64,000 nt of DNA from a phage: NCBI GenBank assembly GCA_012178725.1, contig GCA_012178725.1_3030.1. One strand, given 5' to 3'. The notes under the pieces are model-generated. The model was not told the DNA's origin. It worked only from the letters and a program-made list of their open reading frames with translations, and did not search any database. The translations under genes were made by a program, and so were the position numbers. Below, one piece after another: positions 32,002 to 42,507 of the stretch. Position 1 is the stretch's first letter; each line of letters opens with the position of its first letter.

Positions 32002-35000
32002 ATGGCCGAGATTAAAAGAAAGTTCAGAGCAGAAGATGGTCTGGACGCAGGTGGCGATAAAATAATCAACGTAGCTTTAGCTGATCGTGCCGTAGGAACT
32101 GACGGTGTTAACGTTGATTACTTAATTCAAGAAAACACAGTTCAACAATACGATCCAACTCGTGGATATTTAAAAGATTTTGTAATCATTTATGATAACC
32201 GCTTTTGGGCTGCTATAAATGATATTCCAAAACCAGCAGGAGCTTTTAATAGCGTACGCTGGAGAGCGTTACGTACTGATGCAAACTGGACAACTGTTTC
32301 ATCAGGACCTTATCAATTAAAATCGGGTGAATCAATTTCAGTTGATACTGCAGCTGGTAATGACATTACATTTACTTTACCATCTACCCCAATTGACGGT
32401 GATACTATCGTTCTCCAAGATATTGGAGGAAAACCTGGAGTTAATCAAGTTTTAATTACAGCTCCGGTACAAAGCATTGTAAATTTTAGAGGTCAGCAAG
32501 TACGTTCAGTACTAATGACTCATCCAAAATCACAGATAGTTTTAATTTTTAGTAATCGTCTGTGGCAAATGTATGTCGCTGATTATAGTAGAGAAGCTGT
32601 AGTTGTAACGCCTGCGAGTCTCTATCAGGCGCAATCAAACGATTTTATCGTACGTAGATTTACTTCTGCTTCAGCAATTAATATTAAACTTCCAAGATTT
32701 GCCAATCATGGCGATATTATTAATTTCGTTGATTTGGATAAATTAAATCCTCTTTATCACACAATTGTTACTACATATGATGAAACAACTTCAGTACAAG
32801 AAGTTGGAACTCATTCCATTGAAGGTCGTACATCGATTGACGGTTTCTTGATGTTTGATGATAATGACAAATTGTGGAGATTGTTTGACGGGGATAGTAA
32901 AGCACGTTTACGCATTATAACAACTAATTCTAATATTCGTCCAAATGAAGAAGTCATGGTATTTGGCGCGAATAATGGAACAACCCAAACAATTGAACTT
33001 CAGCTTCCGACTGATATTTCTGTTGGTGATACTGTCAAAATTTCCATGAATTACATGAGAAAAGGACAAACAGTTAAAATCAAAGCTGCCGGTGAAGATA
33101 AAATTGCTTCTTCAGTTCAATTGCTGCAATTTCCAAAACGTTCAGAATACCCACCTGAAACTAAATGGGTGACTGTTCAAGAATTAGTTTTTAATGGCGA
33201 AACCAATTATGTTCCAGTTTTACAGCTTGCTTATATCGAAGATTCCGATGGAAAATATTGGGTTGTACAGCAAAACGTTCCAACTGTAGAAAGAGTAGAC
33301 TCTTTAAATAATTCTACTAGAGCAAGATTAGGCGTAATTGCTTTAGCTACACAGGCTCAAGCTAATGCTGATCTAGAAAATTCTCCACAAAAAGAACTGG
33401 CAATTACTCCAGAAACGTTAGCTAATCGTACTGCTACAGAAACTCGTAGAGGTATTGCAAGAATAGCAACAACTGCGCAAGTAAACCAGGATACCACATT
33501 CTCTTTTGCAGATGACCTTATCATCACTCCTAAAAAGTTGAATGAAAGAACTGCTACAGAAACTCGTAGGGGTGTCGCTGAAATTGCTACGCAGCAAGAA
33601 ACTAATACAGGAACCGATGATACTACAATCATCACTCCTAAAAAGCTTCAAGCTCGCCAAGGTTCTGAATCATTATCTGGTATTGTAACCTTTGTATCTA
33701 CTGCAGGAGCTACTCCAGCTTCTAGCCGTGAATTAAATGGTACGAATGTTTATAATAAAAACACTAATAATTTAGTTGTTTCACCTAAAGCTTTGGATCA
33801 GTATAAAGCTACTCCAACACAGCAAGGTGCAGTAATTTTAGCAGTTGAAAGTGAAGTAATTGCTGGACAAAGTCAGGAAGGATGGGCAAATGTGGTTGTA
33901 ACGCCAGAAACGTTACATAAAAAGACATCAACTGATGGAAGAATTGGTTTAATTGAAATTGCTACGCAAAGTGAAGTTAACACAGGAACTGATTATACTC
34001 GTGCAGTCACTCCTAAAACTTTAAATGACCGTAGAGCAACTGAAAGTTTAAGTGGTATAGCTGAAATTGCTACGCAAGTTGAATTCGACGCAGGCGTCGA
34101 CGATACTCGTATCTCTACACCATTAAAAATTAAAACTAGATTTAATAGTACTGATCGTACTTCTGTTGTTGCTCTATCTGGATTAGTTGAATCAGGAACT
34201 CTCTGGGACCATTATACCCTTAATATTCTTGAAGCAAATGAGACACAACGTGGTACACTTCGTGTAGCTACACAGGTCGAAGCTGCTGCAGGAACATTAG
34301 ATAATGTTTTAATAACTCCTAAAAAGCTTTTAGGTACTAAATCTACTGAAGCGCAAGAAGGTGTTATTAAAGTTGCAACTCAGTCTGAAACTGTGACTGG
34401 AACGTCAACAAATACTGCTGTATCTCCAAAAAATTTAAAATGGATTGTGCAGAGTGAACCTACTTGGGCAGCAACTACTCTGATAAGAGGTTTTGTTAAA
34501 ACTTCATCTGGTTCAATTACGTTCGTTGGTAATGATACAGTAGGTTCAACACAGCCATTAGAATCATATGAGAAAAATGGTTATGCAGTATCACCATATG
34601 AATTAAACCGTGTATTAGCAAATTATTTGCCGTTAAAAGCAAAAGCTGCTGATACAAATTTATTGGATGGTCTAGATTCATCTCAGTTCATTCGTAGGGA
34701 TATTGCGCAGACAGTTAATGGTTCACTAACCTTAACCCAACAAACGAATCTGAGTGCCCCTCTTGTATCATCTAGTACTGCTACGTTCGGTGGATCAGTT
34801 TCAGCAAATAGTACATTAACTATTTCTAATACTGGAACAGCAACTCGATTGATTTTTGAGAAAGGACCTCAAACTGGAACAAACCCAGCCCAAACGATGA
34901 CTGTTAGAGTGTGGGGAAATCAATTTAGTGGGGAATTAGATACAACACGTTCTACCGTATTTGAAGTTAGTGATGAAACATCTAGTCATTTTTATTCTCA

Positions 35001-35871
35001 GCGCAATAAAGCCGGAAATATAACATTTAATATCAACGGTACAGTAACACCGATAAATGTTAATGCTTCAGGAACATTGAATGCAAATGGCGTAGCAACA
35101 TTTGGTAATTCAGTCACTGCAACTGGTGAAATTATTTCTCGAAGCGCAAATGCTTTCCGTGCTATTAACGGAAATTATGGTTTCATTGTTCGCAACGATG
35201 GATCAGTAACGAATTTTATGCTTACTGCATCGGGTGATCAGACTGGTGGATTCAATGGATTACGTCCTTTAGCTATCAATAATGCATCTGGTCAAGTAAC
35301 AATTGGCGAAAGTTTAATTATTGCCAAAGGTGCTACTATAAATTCAGGCGGTTTGACTGTTAACTCGAGAATTCGTTCTCAGGGTACTAAAACATCTGAT
35401 TTATATACCCGTGCACCAACATCTGAAACTGTAGGATTCTGGTCAATTGATATTAACGATTCAGCCACTTATAACCAGTTCCCGGGTTATTTTAAAATGG
35501 TTGAAAAAACTAATGAAGTGACTGGACTTCCATACTTAGAACGTGGCGAAGAAGTTAAATCTCCTGGTACACTGACTCAGTTTGGTAACACACTTGATTC
35601 GCTTTACCAAGATTGGATTACTTATCCAACGACACCAGAAGCGCGTACTACTCGCTGGACACGTACATGGCAGAAAACCAAAAGCTCTTGGTCAAGTTTT
35701 GTTCAGGTATTTGACGGAGGTAACCCTCCTCAACCATCTGATATCGGTGCTTTACCATCTGATAATGCTACAATGGGGAATCTTACTATTCGTGATTTCT
35801 TACGAATTGGTAATGTTCGCATTATTCCTGACCCAGTGAATAAAACTGTTAAATTTGAATGGGTTGAATAA
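32002..35871 (+). CDS. 34: long tail fibre proximal subunit gp34
   Basis: 1289 aa (T4 length); internal ATETRRG...IATQ...ITPKKL repeats. Confidence 0.95.
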   Translation: MAEIKRKFRAEDGLDAGGDKIINVALADRAVGTDGVNVDYLIQENTVQQYDPTRGYLKDFVIIYDNRFWAAINDIPKPAGAFNSVRWRALRTDANWTTVSSGPYQLKSGESISVDTAAGNDITFTLPSTPIDGDTIVLQDIGGKPGVNQVLITAPVQSIVNFRGQQVRSVLMTHPKSQIVLIFSNRLWQMYVADYSREAVVVTPASLYQAQSNDFIVRRFTSASAINIKLPRFANHGDIINFVDLDKLNPLYHTIVTTYDETTSVQEVGTHSIEGRTSIDGFLMFDDNDKLWRLFDGDSKARLRIITTNSNIRPNEEVMVFGANNGTTQTIELQLPTDISVGDTVKISMNYMRKGQTVKIKAAGEDKIASSVQLLQFPKRSEYPPETKWVTVQELVFNGETNYVPVLQLAYIEDSDGKYWVVQQNVPTVERVDSLNNSTRARLGVIALATQAQANADLENSPQKELAITPETLANRTATETRRGIARIATTAQVNQDTTFSFADDLIITPKKLNERTATETRRGVAEIATQQETNTGTDDTTIITPKKLQARQGSESLSGIVTFVSTAGATPASSRELNGTNVYNKNTNNLVVSPKALDQYKATPTQQGAVILAVESEVIAGQSQEGWANVVVTPETLHKKTSTDGRIGLIEIATQSEVNTGTDYTRAVTPKTLNDRRATESLSGIAEIATQVEFDAGVDDTRISTPLKIKTRFNSTDRTSVVALSGLVESGTLWDHYTLNILEANETQRGTLRVATQVEAAAGTLDNVLITPKKLLGTKSTEAQEGVIKVATQSETVTGTSTNTAVSPKNLKWIVQSEPTWAATTLIRGFVKTSSGSITFVGNDTVGSTQPLESYEKNGYAVSPYELNRVLANYLPLKAKAADTNLLDGLDSSQFIRRDIAQTVNGSLTLTQQTNLSAPLVSSSTATFGGSVSANSTLTISNTGTATRLIFEKGPQTGTNPAQTMTVRVWGNQFSGELDTTRSTVFEVSDETSSHFYSQRNKAGNITFNINGTVTPINVNASGTLNANGVATFGNSVTATGEIISRSANAFRAINGNYGFIVRNDGSVTNFMLTASGDQTGGFNGLRPLAINNASGQVTIGESLIIAKGATINSGGLTVNSRIRSQGTKTSDLYTRAPTSETVGFWSIDINDSATYNQFPGYFKMVEKTNEVTGLPYLERGEEVKSPGTLTQFGNTLDSLYQDWITYPTTPEARTTRWTRTWQKTKSSWSSFVQVFDGGNPPQPSDIGALPSDNATMGNLTIRDFLRIGNVRIIPDPVNKTVKFEWVE
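33360..34460 (+). repeat. tandem degenerate coding repeats within gene 34
   Basis: Repeated peptide modules (RTATETRRGIARIAT / RTATETRRGVAEIAT / ESLSGIAEIAT / TQRGTLRVAT ... ITPKKL) seen in translation. Confidence 0.7.
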
Positions 35872-35879
35872 GAGGTATT

Positions 35880-36995
35880 ATGGAAAAATTTATGGCAGAG
35901 TTTGGACAAGGATATGTCCAAACGCCATTTTTATCGGAAAGCAATTCAGTAAGATACAAAATAAGCATAGCGGGTTCTTGCCCGCTTTCTACAGCAGGAC
36001 CATACGTTAAATTTCAGGATAATCCTATCGGAAATCAAACATTTAGCGCAGGCCTTCATTTAAGAGTTTTTGACCCTTCCACCGGAGCATTAGTTGATAG
36101 TAAGTCATATGCTTTTTCGACTTCAAATGATACTACATCAGCTGCTTTTGTTAGTTTCATGAATTCTTTGACGAATAATCGAATTGTCGCTATATTAACT
36201 AGTGGAAAGGTTAATTTTCCTCCTGAAGTAGTATCTTGGCTAAGAACCGCCGGAACGTCTGCTTTTCCATCTGATTCTGTATTGTCAAGATTCGACGTAT
36301 CATATGCTGCTTTTTATACTTCTTCTAAAAGAGCTATTGCATTAGAGCATGTTAAATTAAGTAATAGAAAAAGCACAGATGATTATCAAACTATTTTAGA
36401 TGTTGTATTTGACAGTTTAGAAGACGTCGGAGCTACCGGGTTTCCAAGAAGAACGTATGAAAGTGTTGAGCAATTCATGTCGGCGGTTGGTGGAACTAAT
36501 AACGAAATTGCGCGTCTACCAACTTCAGCTGCTATAAGTAAATTATCTGATTATAATTTAATTCCTGGTGATGTTCTTTATCTTAAAGCACAGTTATATG
36601 CTGATGCTGATTTACTTGCTCTTGGAACTACAAATATATCTATCCGTTTTTATAATGCATCAAATGGATATATTTCTTCAACACAAGCTGAATTTACTGG
36701 GCAAGCTGGGTCATGGGAATTAAAGGAAGATTATGTAGTTGTTCCAGAAAACGCAGTAGGATTTACGATATATGCACAAAGAACTGCACAGGCTGGTCAA
36801 GGCGGCATGAGAAATTTAAGCTTTTCTGAAGTATCAAGAAATGGCGGAATTTCAAAACCTGCAGAATTTGGCGTCAATGGTATTCGAGTTAATTATGTCT
36901 GTGAATCCGCTTCACCTCCGGATATAATGGTACTTCCTACACAAGCATCGTCTAAAACTGGTAAAGTGTTTGGACAAGAATTTAGAGAAGTTTAA
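35880..36995 (+). CDS. 35: long tail fibre hinge protein gp35
   Basis: 371 aa; synteny 34-35-36-37. Confidence 0.85.
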   Translation: MEKFMAEFGQGYVQTPFLSESNSVRYKISIAGSCPLSTAGPYVKFQDNPIGNQTFSAGLHLRVFDPSTGALVDSKSYAFSTSNDTTSAAFVSFMNSLTNNRIVAILTSGKVNFPPEVVSWLRTAGTSAFPSDSVLSRFDVSYAAFYTSSKRAIALEHVKLSNRKSTDDYQTILDVVFDSLEDVGATGFPRRTYESVEQFMSAVGGTNNEIARLPTSAAISKLSDYNLIPGDVLYLKAQLYADADLLALGTTNISIRFYNASNGYISSTQAEFTGQAGSWELKEDYVVVPENAVGFTIYAQRTAQAGQGGMRNLSFSEVSRNGGISKPAEFGVNGIRVNYVCESASPPDIMVLPTQASSKTGKVFGQEFREV

Positions 36996-37000
36996 ATTGA

Positions 37001-37026
37001 GGGAGCCTTCGGGTTCCCTTTTTCTT
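37001..37026 (+). terminator. hairpin with U-run after gene 35
   Basis: GGGAGCC-UUCG-GGUUCCC followed by UUUUUCUU. Confidence 0.55.
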
Positions 37027-37034
37027 TATAAATA
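37027..37034 (+). promoter_or_regulatory. late promoter TATAAATA for gene 36
   Basis: Exact TATAAATA 24 nt upstream of gene 36 ATG. Confidence 0.65.
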
Positions 37035-37057
37035 CTATTAAAATAAAGGGGCATACA

Positions 37058-37735
37058 ATGGCTGATTTAAAAGTAGGTTCAACAACTGGAGGCTCTGTCA
37101 TTTGGCATCAAGGAAATTTTCCATTGAATCCAGCCGGTGACGATGTACTCTATAAATCATTTAAAATATATACAGAATATAATAAACCACAAGCAACTGA
37201 TAACGATTTCGTTTCTAAAGCATCAGGTGGCACATATTTAAACAAAGTATCATTTAATGCAGGTGTACAAATCCCGTTTTCTAAAGACGGCGTAATTCAA
37301 ACAGGGAACATTAATGGTATTTTTCCTGGAGTTGATGATGGGGCCGATTTTACAGCAAACAACCTAGATATCGTTTCTTGGTATGGTGTTGGATTTAAAT
37401 CTTCATTAGGTAATTCAGGATATACGATATCCATTAATACTCGTACAGGCACAATTAATACTAAAGGCGGTGTTTACGCCTCTGGACAAGTTCGTTCAGA
37501 CATGGCTGCACCTGTTGCGGTTAACGATCTTACTCGTAAAGATTATGTTGATGGAGCAATAAATATTGTTACAGCAAACGCAAACTCTAGGGTATTACGC
37601 TCTGGAGACACTATGACAGGAAATTTAACTGCGCCAAACCTTTTTTCACAGAATCCTGCATCTCAACCCTCACATGTTCCACGATTTGACCAAATTGTTA
37701 TTAAGGATTCTGTTCAAGATTTCGGCTATTATTAA
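37058..37735 (+). CDS. 36: long tail fibre distal small subunit gp36
   Basis: 225 aa; synteny. Confidence 0.85.
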   Translation: MADLKVGSTTGGSVIWHQGNFPLNPAGDDVLYKSFKIYTEYNKPQATDNDFVSKASGGTYLNKVSFNAGVQIPFSKDGVIQTGNINGIFPGVDDGADFTANNLDIVSWYGVGFKSSLGNSGYTISINTRTGTINTKGGVYASGQVRSDMAAPVAVNDLTRKDYVDGAINIVTANANSRVLRSGDTMTGNLTAPNLFSQNPASQPSHVPRFDQIVIKDSVQDFGYY

Positions 37736-37743
37736 GAGGACTT

Positions 37744-40700
37744 ATGGCTACTTTAAAACAAATACAATTTAAAAGAAGCAAAACTGCAGGAGCACGTCCT
37801 GCCGCTTCAGTATTAGCCGAAGGTGAATTGGCTATAAACTTAAAAGACCGTGTACTTTTTACTAAAGATGACCAAGGAAATATTATTGATCTGGGTTTTG
37901 CTAAAGGCGGTAGTATTGACGGGAATGTTATTCATACAGGCAATTATAACCAAACTGGCGATTATACTTTAAATGGCGTCTTCACTCAGACTGGTAATTT
38001 TAATTTAACTGGTATTGCTCGAGTAACTCGCGATATTATTGCCGCTGGGCAGATTATGACTGAAGGCGGAGAACTTATTACAAAAAGTTCAGGTACAGCG
38101 CATGTTCGTTTTTTCGATGGCAATAGTCGCGAACGTGGAATCATTTATGCCCCGGCTAATGACGGTTTAACTACACAAGTACTTAATATCAGGGTTCAAG
38201 ACTATGCCGCTGGCAGCGAAAGCACTTATGCATTTTCAGGCAGTGGCCTATTTACTTCACCTGAAGTATCAGCATGGAAATCTATTTCGTCTCCACAAAT
38301 TCTGACCAACAAAGTCATTACTAATAATAAATCTACGGGTGATTATGACATCTATTCGATGGCAGACAATGTTCCATTGTCTGAAAGCACTACTGCTATT
38401 AATCATCTTCGTGTCATGCGTAATGCCGTTGGTTCTGGTATTTTCCATGAAGTTAAAGATAATGATGGAATAACTTGGTATGCAGGTGATGGACTTGACA
38501 CCTATCTTTGGTCATTTACTTGGAGCGGCGGAATTAAATCAAGTCACTCAATTTCTATTGGTTTAACATCTGGTAGTAAAGATTATTCAATATTAGGACC
38601 ATCTAGTATTGCTTTAGGAGATAATGATACTGGATTTAAATGGCATCAAGATGGATATTATTTTAGCGTTAATAATGGAACAAAAACGTTTTTATTTAGT
38701 CCTAGCGAAACAACTAGCCTAAGAAAATTTGTAGCTGGATATTCTACTAACGGAACCGATTTAACTACTCCTCCAACTGAAAATTATGCTCTTGCTACTG
38801 TCGTGACATATCACGATAATAACGCGTTTGGAGATGGTCAGACTCTTTTAGGATATTATCAAGGCGGTAACTATCATCACTATTTCCGCGGCAAGGGTAC
38901 TACAAACATTAATACTCACGGCGGTTTGTTAGTTACTCCTGGTAATATTGACGTTATTGGTGGTTCTGTTAATATTGATGGTAGAAATAATGCTTCTACA
39001 CTGTTGTTTAGAGGTAACACAACTGGTAGTAGTTCAGTTGATAATATGACAATTTCCGTTTGGGGCAATACGTTTACTAATCCTAGTGAAGGCACCCGTA
39101 AAAATGTCATGGAAATTTCTGACGCAACTAGCTGGATGAGTTATATTCAAAGACTTACTACTGGTGAAGTAGAAATGAACGTTAACGGTTCATTTGAATC
39201 ATCCGGTGTTACTGCTGGAAATAGAGGAGTTCACACAACAGGCGAAATTTCATCTGGAGCAGTGAATGCTCTTCGCATTTGGAATGCAGATTATGGAGCT
39301 ATTTTTAGACGTTCAGAAGGTAGTCTTCATATTATTCCAACTGCTTATGGTGAAGGCAAAAATGGTGATATCGGTCCACTTCGTCCATTTAGTATTGCTT
39401 TGGATACTGGTAAGGTTGTTATTCCAGATTTAGAATCAAGTTATAACACGTTTGCTGCAAATGGCTACATTAAATTTGCTGGTCATGGCGCTGGCGCTGG
39501 TGGTTATGATATTCAGTATTCACAAGCTGCTCCTATTTTCCAAGAAATTGATGACGACGCTGTAAGCAAATATTATCCTATTGTTAAACAGAAGTTTCTA
39601 AACGGTAAATCCGTTTGGTCTTTAGGTACTGAAATTAATTCGGGTACATTCGTTATTCATCATCTGAAAGAAGATGGATCGCAGGGCCATACATCTCGTT
39701 TTAATCAAGACGGTACTGTTAACTTCCCGGATAACGTTCAGGTCGGCGGCGGTGAAGCTACTATTGCTCGTAATGGTAACATCTGGTCTGATATCTGGAA
39801 AACGTTTACTTCAGCAGGCGACGTAACTAATATTCGCGATGCTATTGCTACTCGCGTTGCCAAAGAAGGCGACACGATGACCGGCACTCTTTGGATTAAT
39901 AAAGATGCCGCTGGAATAGTTCTTAATCCTCCTTTGACCAGTGATTCATCATTTATTCGTTCTGATACGGCCGGGGCCAATAATTGGTATATTGGTAAAG
40001 GCGGTGCCGACAATGGTCTAGGTTTTTACAGTTACATTACACAAGGCGGTGTATACATAACAAATACCGGTGAAATATCGCTTTCTCCTCAAGGACAAGG
40101 AACATTTAATTTTAATAGAGACCGCCTTTATATAAATGCTAGTCAATGGGTTGCACATAAATCTGGCGCTTGGGGCGACCAATGGGGCTTAGAAGCTCCT
40201 GTATTTGTGGATTTTGGTAGTGTCAGTAATGACTGCTATTATCCTATTATTAAAGGAAAATCTGGTATTACTAACGAAGGATATTTTTCCGGCGTAGATT
40301 TTGGTATGCGACGCATTACTAATACATGGGCACAAGGTATTATTCGTGTAGGTAATCAGGAAAACGGTTCAGACCCACAAGCCATCTATGAATTCCACAG
40401 TAACGGTACTTTTTATGCCCCTAGCCTACTTAAGAGCAACAGAGTATCAGCAGGTGGCGGTGACCCTGTATGGGCCGGGCCATGTATTGTTCTTGGCGAT
40501 AATGACACAGGTCTAGTTTGGGAAGCAGATGGTATTTTCAACGCATATGCAAACGGCCAAGGTGTATTCAGTTTTAGAGCTGGTCTCGCACAAACATTCG
40601 GTAACGTAGCGTTAAACGTTAACGCAGGTATGTATGTTCGTGATAACATTGATGTTAACGACGTTTATATCCGTTCTGATATTCGTTGTAAGTCAGAAAT

Positions 40701-40995
40701 TAAGCTTATTAAGAACGCTCAAGAGAAATCTAAACTCTTAGGCGGCTATACTTATCTGCTTAAAAACTCTGTTACAGACGAAGTTAAACCATCTGCAGGT
40801 TTAATTGCTCAGGAAGTTCAAGAAGTATTGCCTGAACTTGTTTCTGAAGATAAAGAGACCGGACTGCTTCGTTTGAACTATAACGGTATTATCGGTTTAA
40901 ATACTGCTACAATCAACGAGCATACAGATGAAATCAAGGAATTGAAATCTGAAATTGCCGAATTGAAAGCATTAATTAAATCATTGATAAAATAA
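37744..40995 (+). CDS. 37: long tail fibre distal subunit gp37 with C-terminal intramolecular-chaperone-like domain
   Basis: 1083 aa; Gly/Thr/Asn-rich fibre sequence; C-terminal region (SDIRCKSEIK ... GLIAQEVQEVLPELV ... coiled coil) resembles auto-cleaving chaperone domains. Confidence 0.9.
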   Translation: MATLKQIQFKRSKTAGARPAASVLAEGELAINLKDRVLFTKDDQGNIIDLGFAKGGSIDGNVIHTGNYNQTGDYTLNGVFTQTGNFNLTGIARVTRDIIAAGQIMTEGGELITKSSGTAHVRFFDGNSRERGIIYAPANDGLTTQVLNIRVQDYAAGSESTYAFSGSGLFTSPEVSAWKSISSPQILTNKVITNNKSTGDYDIYSMADNVPLSESTTAINHLRVMRNAVGSGIFHEVKDNDGITWYAGDGLDTYLWSFTWSGGIKSSHSISIGLTSGSKDYSILGPSSIALGDNDTGFKWHQDGYYFSVNNGTKTFLFSPSETTSLRKFVAGYSTNGTDLTTPPTENYALATVVTYHDNNAFGDGQTLLGYYQGGNYHHYFRGKGTTNINTHGGLLVTPGNIDVIGGSVNIDGRNNASTLLFRGNTTGSSSVDNMTISVWGNTFTNPSEGTRKNVMEISDATSWMSYIQRLTTGEVEMNVNGSFESSGVTAGNRGVHTTGEISSGAVNALRIWNADYGAIFRRSEGSLHIIPTAYGEGKNGDIGPLRPFSIALDTGKVVIPDLESSYNTFAANGYIKFAGHGAGAGGYDIQYSQAAPIFQEIDDDAVSKYYPIVKQKFLNGKSVWSLGTEINSGTFVIHHLKEDGSQGHTSRFNQDGTVNFPDNVQVGGGEATIARNGNIWSDIWKTFTSAGDVTNIRDAIATRVAKEGDTMTGTLWINKDAAGIVLNPPLTSDSSFIRSDTAGANNWYIGKGGADNGLGFYSYITQGGVYITNTGEISLSPQGQGTFNFNRDRLYINASQWVAHKSGAWGDQWGLEAPVFVDFGSVSNDCYYPIIKGKSGITNEGYFSGVDFGMRRITNTWAQGIIRVGNQENGSDPQAIYEFHSNGTFYAPSLLKSNRVSAGGGDPVWAGPCIVLGDNDTGLVWEADGIFNAYANGQGVFSFRAGLAQTFGNVALNVNAGMYVRDNIDVNDVYIRSDIRCKSEIKLIKNAQEKSKLLGGYTYLLKNSVTDEVKPSAGLIAQEVQEVLPELVSEDKETGLLRLNYNGIIGLNTATINEHTDEIKELKSEIAELKALIKSLIK
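40670..40995 (+). other. C-terminal intramolecular chaperone (peptidase S74-like) domain of gp37
   Basis: Motif pattern S-D-I-R-x-K ... G-Y ... IAQEVQ ... LPELV followed by heptad-like ELKSEIAELKALIKSL. Confidence 0.5.
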
Positions 40996-41000
40996 TAAAA

Positions 41001-41014
41001 GGGCCTTCGGGCCC
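41001..41014 (+). other. intergenic UUCG hairpin between genes 37 and 38
   Basis: GGGCC-UUCG-GGCCC followed by GGAGG SD and gene 38 ATG. Confidence 0.5.
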
Positions 41015-41025
41015 TGGAGGTTTTT

Positions 41026-41805
41026 ATGGCAGTAGTAGGAATTCCTGGTTGGATTGGGACTTCAGCCGTCGCTGAAACAGGCCAGCGCTGGATGTCAGCG
41101 GCCTCTAGAGAATTGCGTCTAGGGAACCCATCTTGGATGTCACAATTCGCTGGACGCTCAAGAGAAATTATTCACACGCTTGGAGCAGACCATAACTTCA
41201 ATGGTCAATGGTTTCGTGACCGTTGTTTTGAAGCCGGCGGTGCTCCTATAGTGTTTAATATCACAGGCAACTTAGTATCATATTCTAAAGACGTTCCTTT
41301 ATTCTTCATGTATGGTGATACTCCTAACGAATATGTTACTTTGAATATTCATGGTGGTGTTCATATGTGGGGCCGAGGTGGTAATGGTAGCGTAAATGGA
41401 AGCCCAGGCACTAATGGTGGCGACGTAATCCAAAATGATATTGGTGGACGACTTCGTATTTGGAACTATGGCGTTATTGCATCAGGCGGCGGCGGTGGTG
41501 GTGCAGTGTCATTACAGAATAGCTGGGCACCAAATGCTACAGCAGGTGGCGGTGGTGGTAGACCGTTTGGCATCGGCGGAGGCGGCGTTAATTGGCCGGG
41601 TGGTAATGCTAGTTATGACGCGCCTGGCGGTGCCGGTTACACTTCCCAATTCGGCGGAGGCAATGGCGGTGATGCTGGAGGTCGGGGTGGAGATGGATGG
41701 GGTAATCACTTATCTAGATCCGGCGGTGGTGCTCCAGGTAGAGCGGTATTCGGTTCTTCACCATCATGGGGTGCAACAGGCACGATCTACGGTTCCTGGA
41801 TTTAA
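41026..41805 (+). CDS. 38: tail fibre adhesin gp38 (T2-type, glycine-rich motifs)
   Basis: 259 aa; multiple poly-Gly motifs (GGGGGGA, GGGGGR, GGGGV, GGGNGG) separated by short variable segments; directly after gene 37. Confidence 0.85.
   Translation: MAVVGIPGWIGTSAVAETGQRWMSAASRELRLGNPSWMSQFAGRSREIIHTLGADHNFNGQWFRDRCFEAGGAPIVFNITGNLVSYSKDVPLFFMYGDTPNEYVTLNIHGGVHMWGRGGNGSVNGSPGTNGGDVIQNDIGGRLRIWNYGVIASGGGGGGAVSLQNSWAPNATAGGGGGRPFGIGGGGVNWPGGNASYDAPGGAGYTSQFGGGNGGDAGGRGGDGWGNHLSRSGGGAPGRAVFGSSPSWGATGTIYGSWI
41380..41740 (+). repeat. glycine-rich motif repeats (GGY codon runs) in gene 38
   Basis: ggcggcggcggtggtggt-type runs visible in DNA. Confidence 0.7.
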
Positions 41806-41824
41806 ATGGTAATACCTCTCAGCA

Positions 41825-41832
41825 TATAAATA
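41825..41832 (+). promoter_or_regulatory. late promoter TATAAATA for holin gene t
   Basis: Exact TATAAATA 19 nt upstream of t ATG, followed by AGGAGGG SD. Confidence 0.65.
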
Positions 41833-41850
41833 TCCTTAAAAGGAGGGTCT

Positions 41851-42507
41851 ATGGCAGCACCTAGAATATCATTTTCGCCCTCTGATATTCTATTTGGTGT
41901 TCTAGATCGCTTGTTCAAAGATAACGCTACCGGGAAAGTTCTTGCTTCCCGGGTAGCTGTCGTAATTCTTTTATTTATGATGGCGATTGTTTGGTATAGG
42001 GGAGATAGTTTCTTTGAGTACTATAAGCAATCAAAGTATGAAACATACAGTGAAATTATTGAAAAGGAAAGAAATGCACGCTTTGAATCTGTCGCCCTGG
42101 AACAACTCCAGATAGTTCACATATCATCTGAGGCAGACTTTAGTGCGGTGTATTCTTTCCGCCCTAAAAACTTAAACTATTTTGTTGATATTATAGCATA
42201 CGAAGGAAGATTACCTTCAACAATAACTGAAAAATCACTTGGAGGATATCCTGTTGATAAAACTATGGATGAATATGCAGTTCATTTAAATGGACGTCAT
42301 TATTATTCTGACTCAAAATTTGCTTTTTTACCAACTAAAAAGCCTACTCCCGAAATAAACTACATGTACAGTTGTCCATATTTTAATTTGGATAATATCT
42401 ATGCTGGAACAATAACCATGTACTGGTATAGAAATGATCATATAAGTAATGACCGCCTTGAATCAATATGTGCTCAGGCGGCCAGAATATTAGGAAGGGC
42501 TAAATAA
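41851..42507 (+). CDS. t: holin
   Basis: 218 aa; single N-terminal TM segment (VAVVILLFMMAIVWY) and large periplasmic domain. Confidence 0.9.
   Translation: MAAPRISFSPSDILFGVLDRLFKDNATGKVLASRVAVVILLFMMAIVWYRGDSFFEYYKQSKYETYSEIIEKERNARFESVALEQLQIVHISSEADFSAVYSFRPKNLNYFVDIIAYEGRLPSTITEKSLGGYPVDKTMDEYAVHLNGRHYYSDSKFAFLPTKKPTPEINYMYSCPYFNLDNIYAGTITMYWYRNDHISNDRLESICAQAARILGRAK

Noticed and set aside
33357-33660. Minus-strand ORFs (92 and 80 aa) inside gene 34
   Set aside because: They lie wholly within the gp34 coding repeat region, have no promoter or SD, and arise because the repeat has few stop codons in the antisense frames.
41435-41812. Alternative-frame plus ORF (125 aa) and minus ORF (65 aa) within gene 38
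   Set aside because: Products of the GGY-rich codon runs of the glycine-rich motifs; the gp38 frame is the one with a late-operon context and adhesin features.
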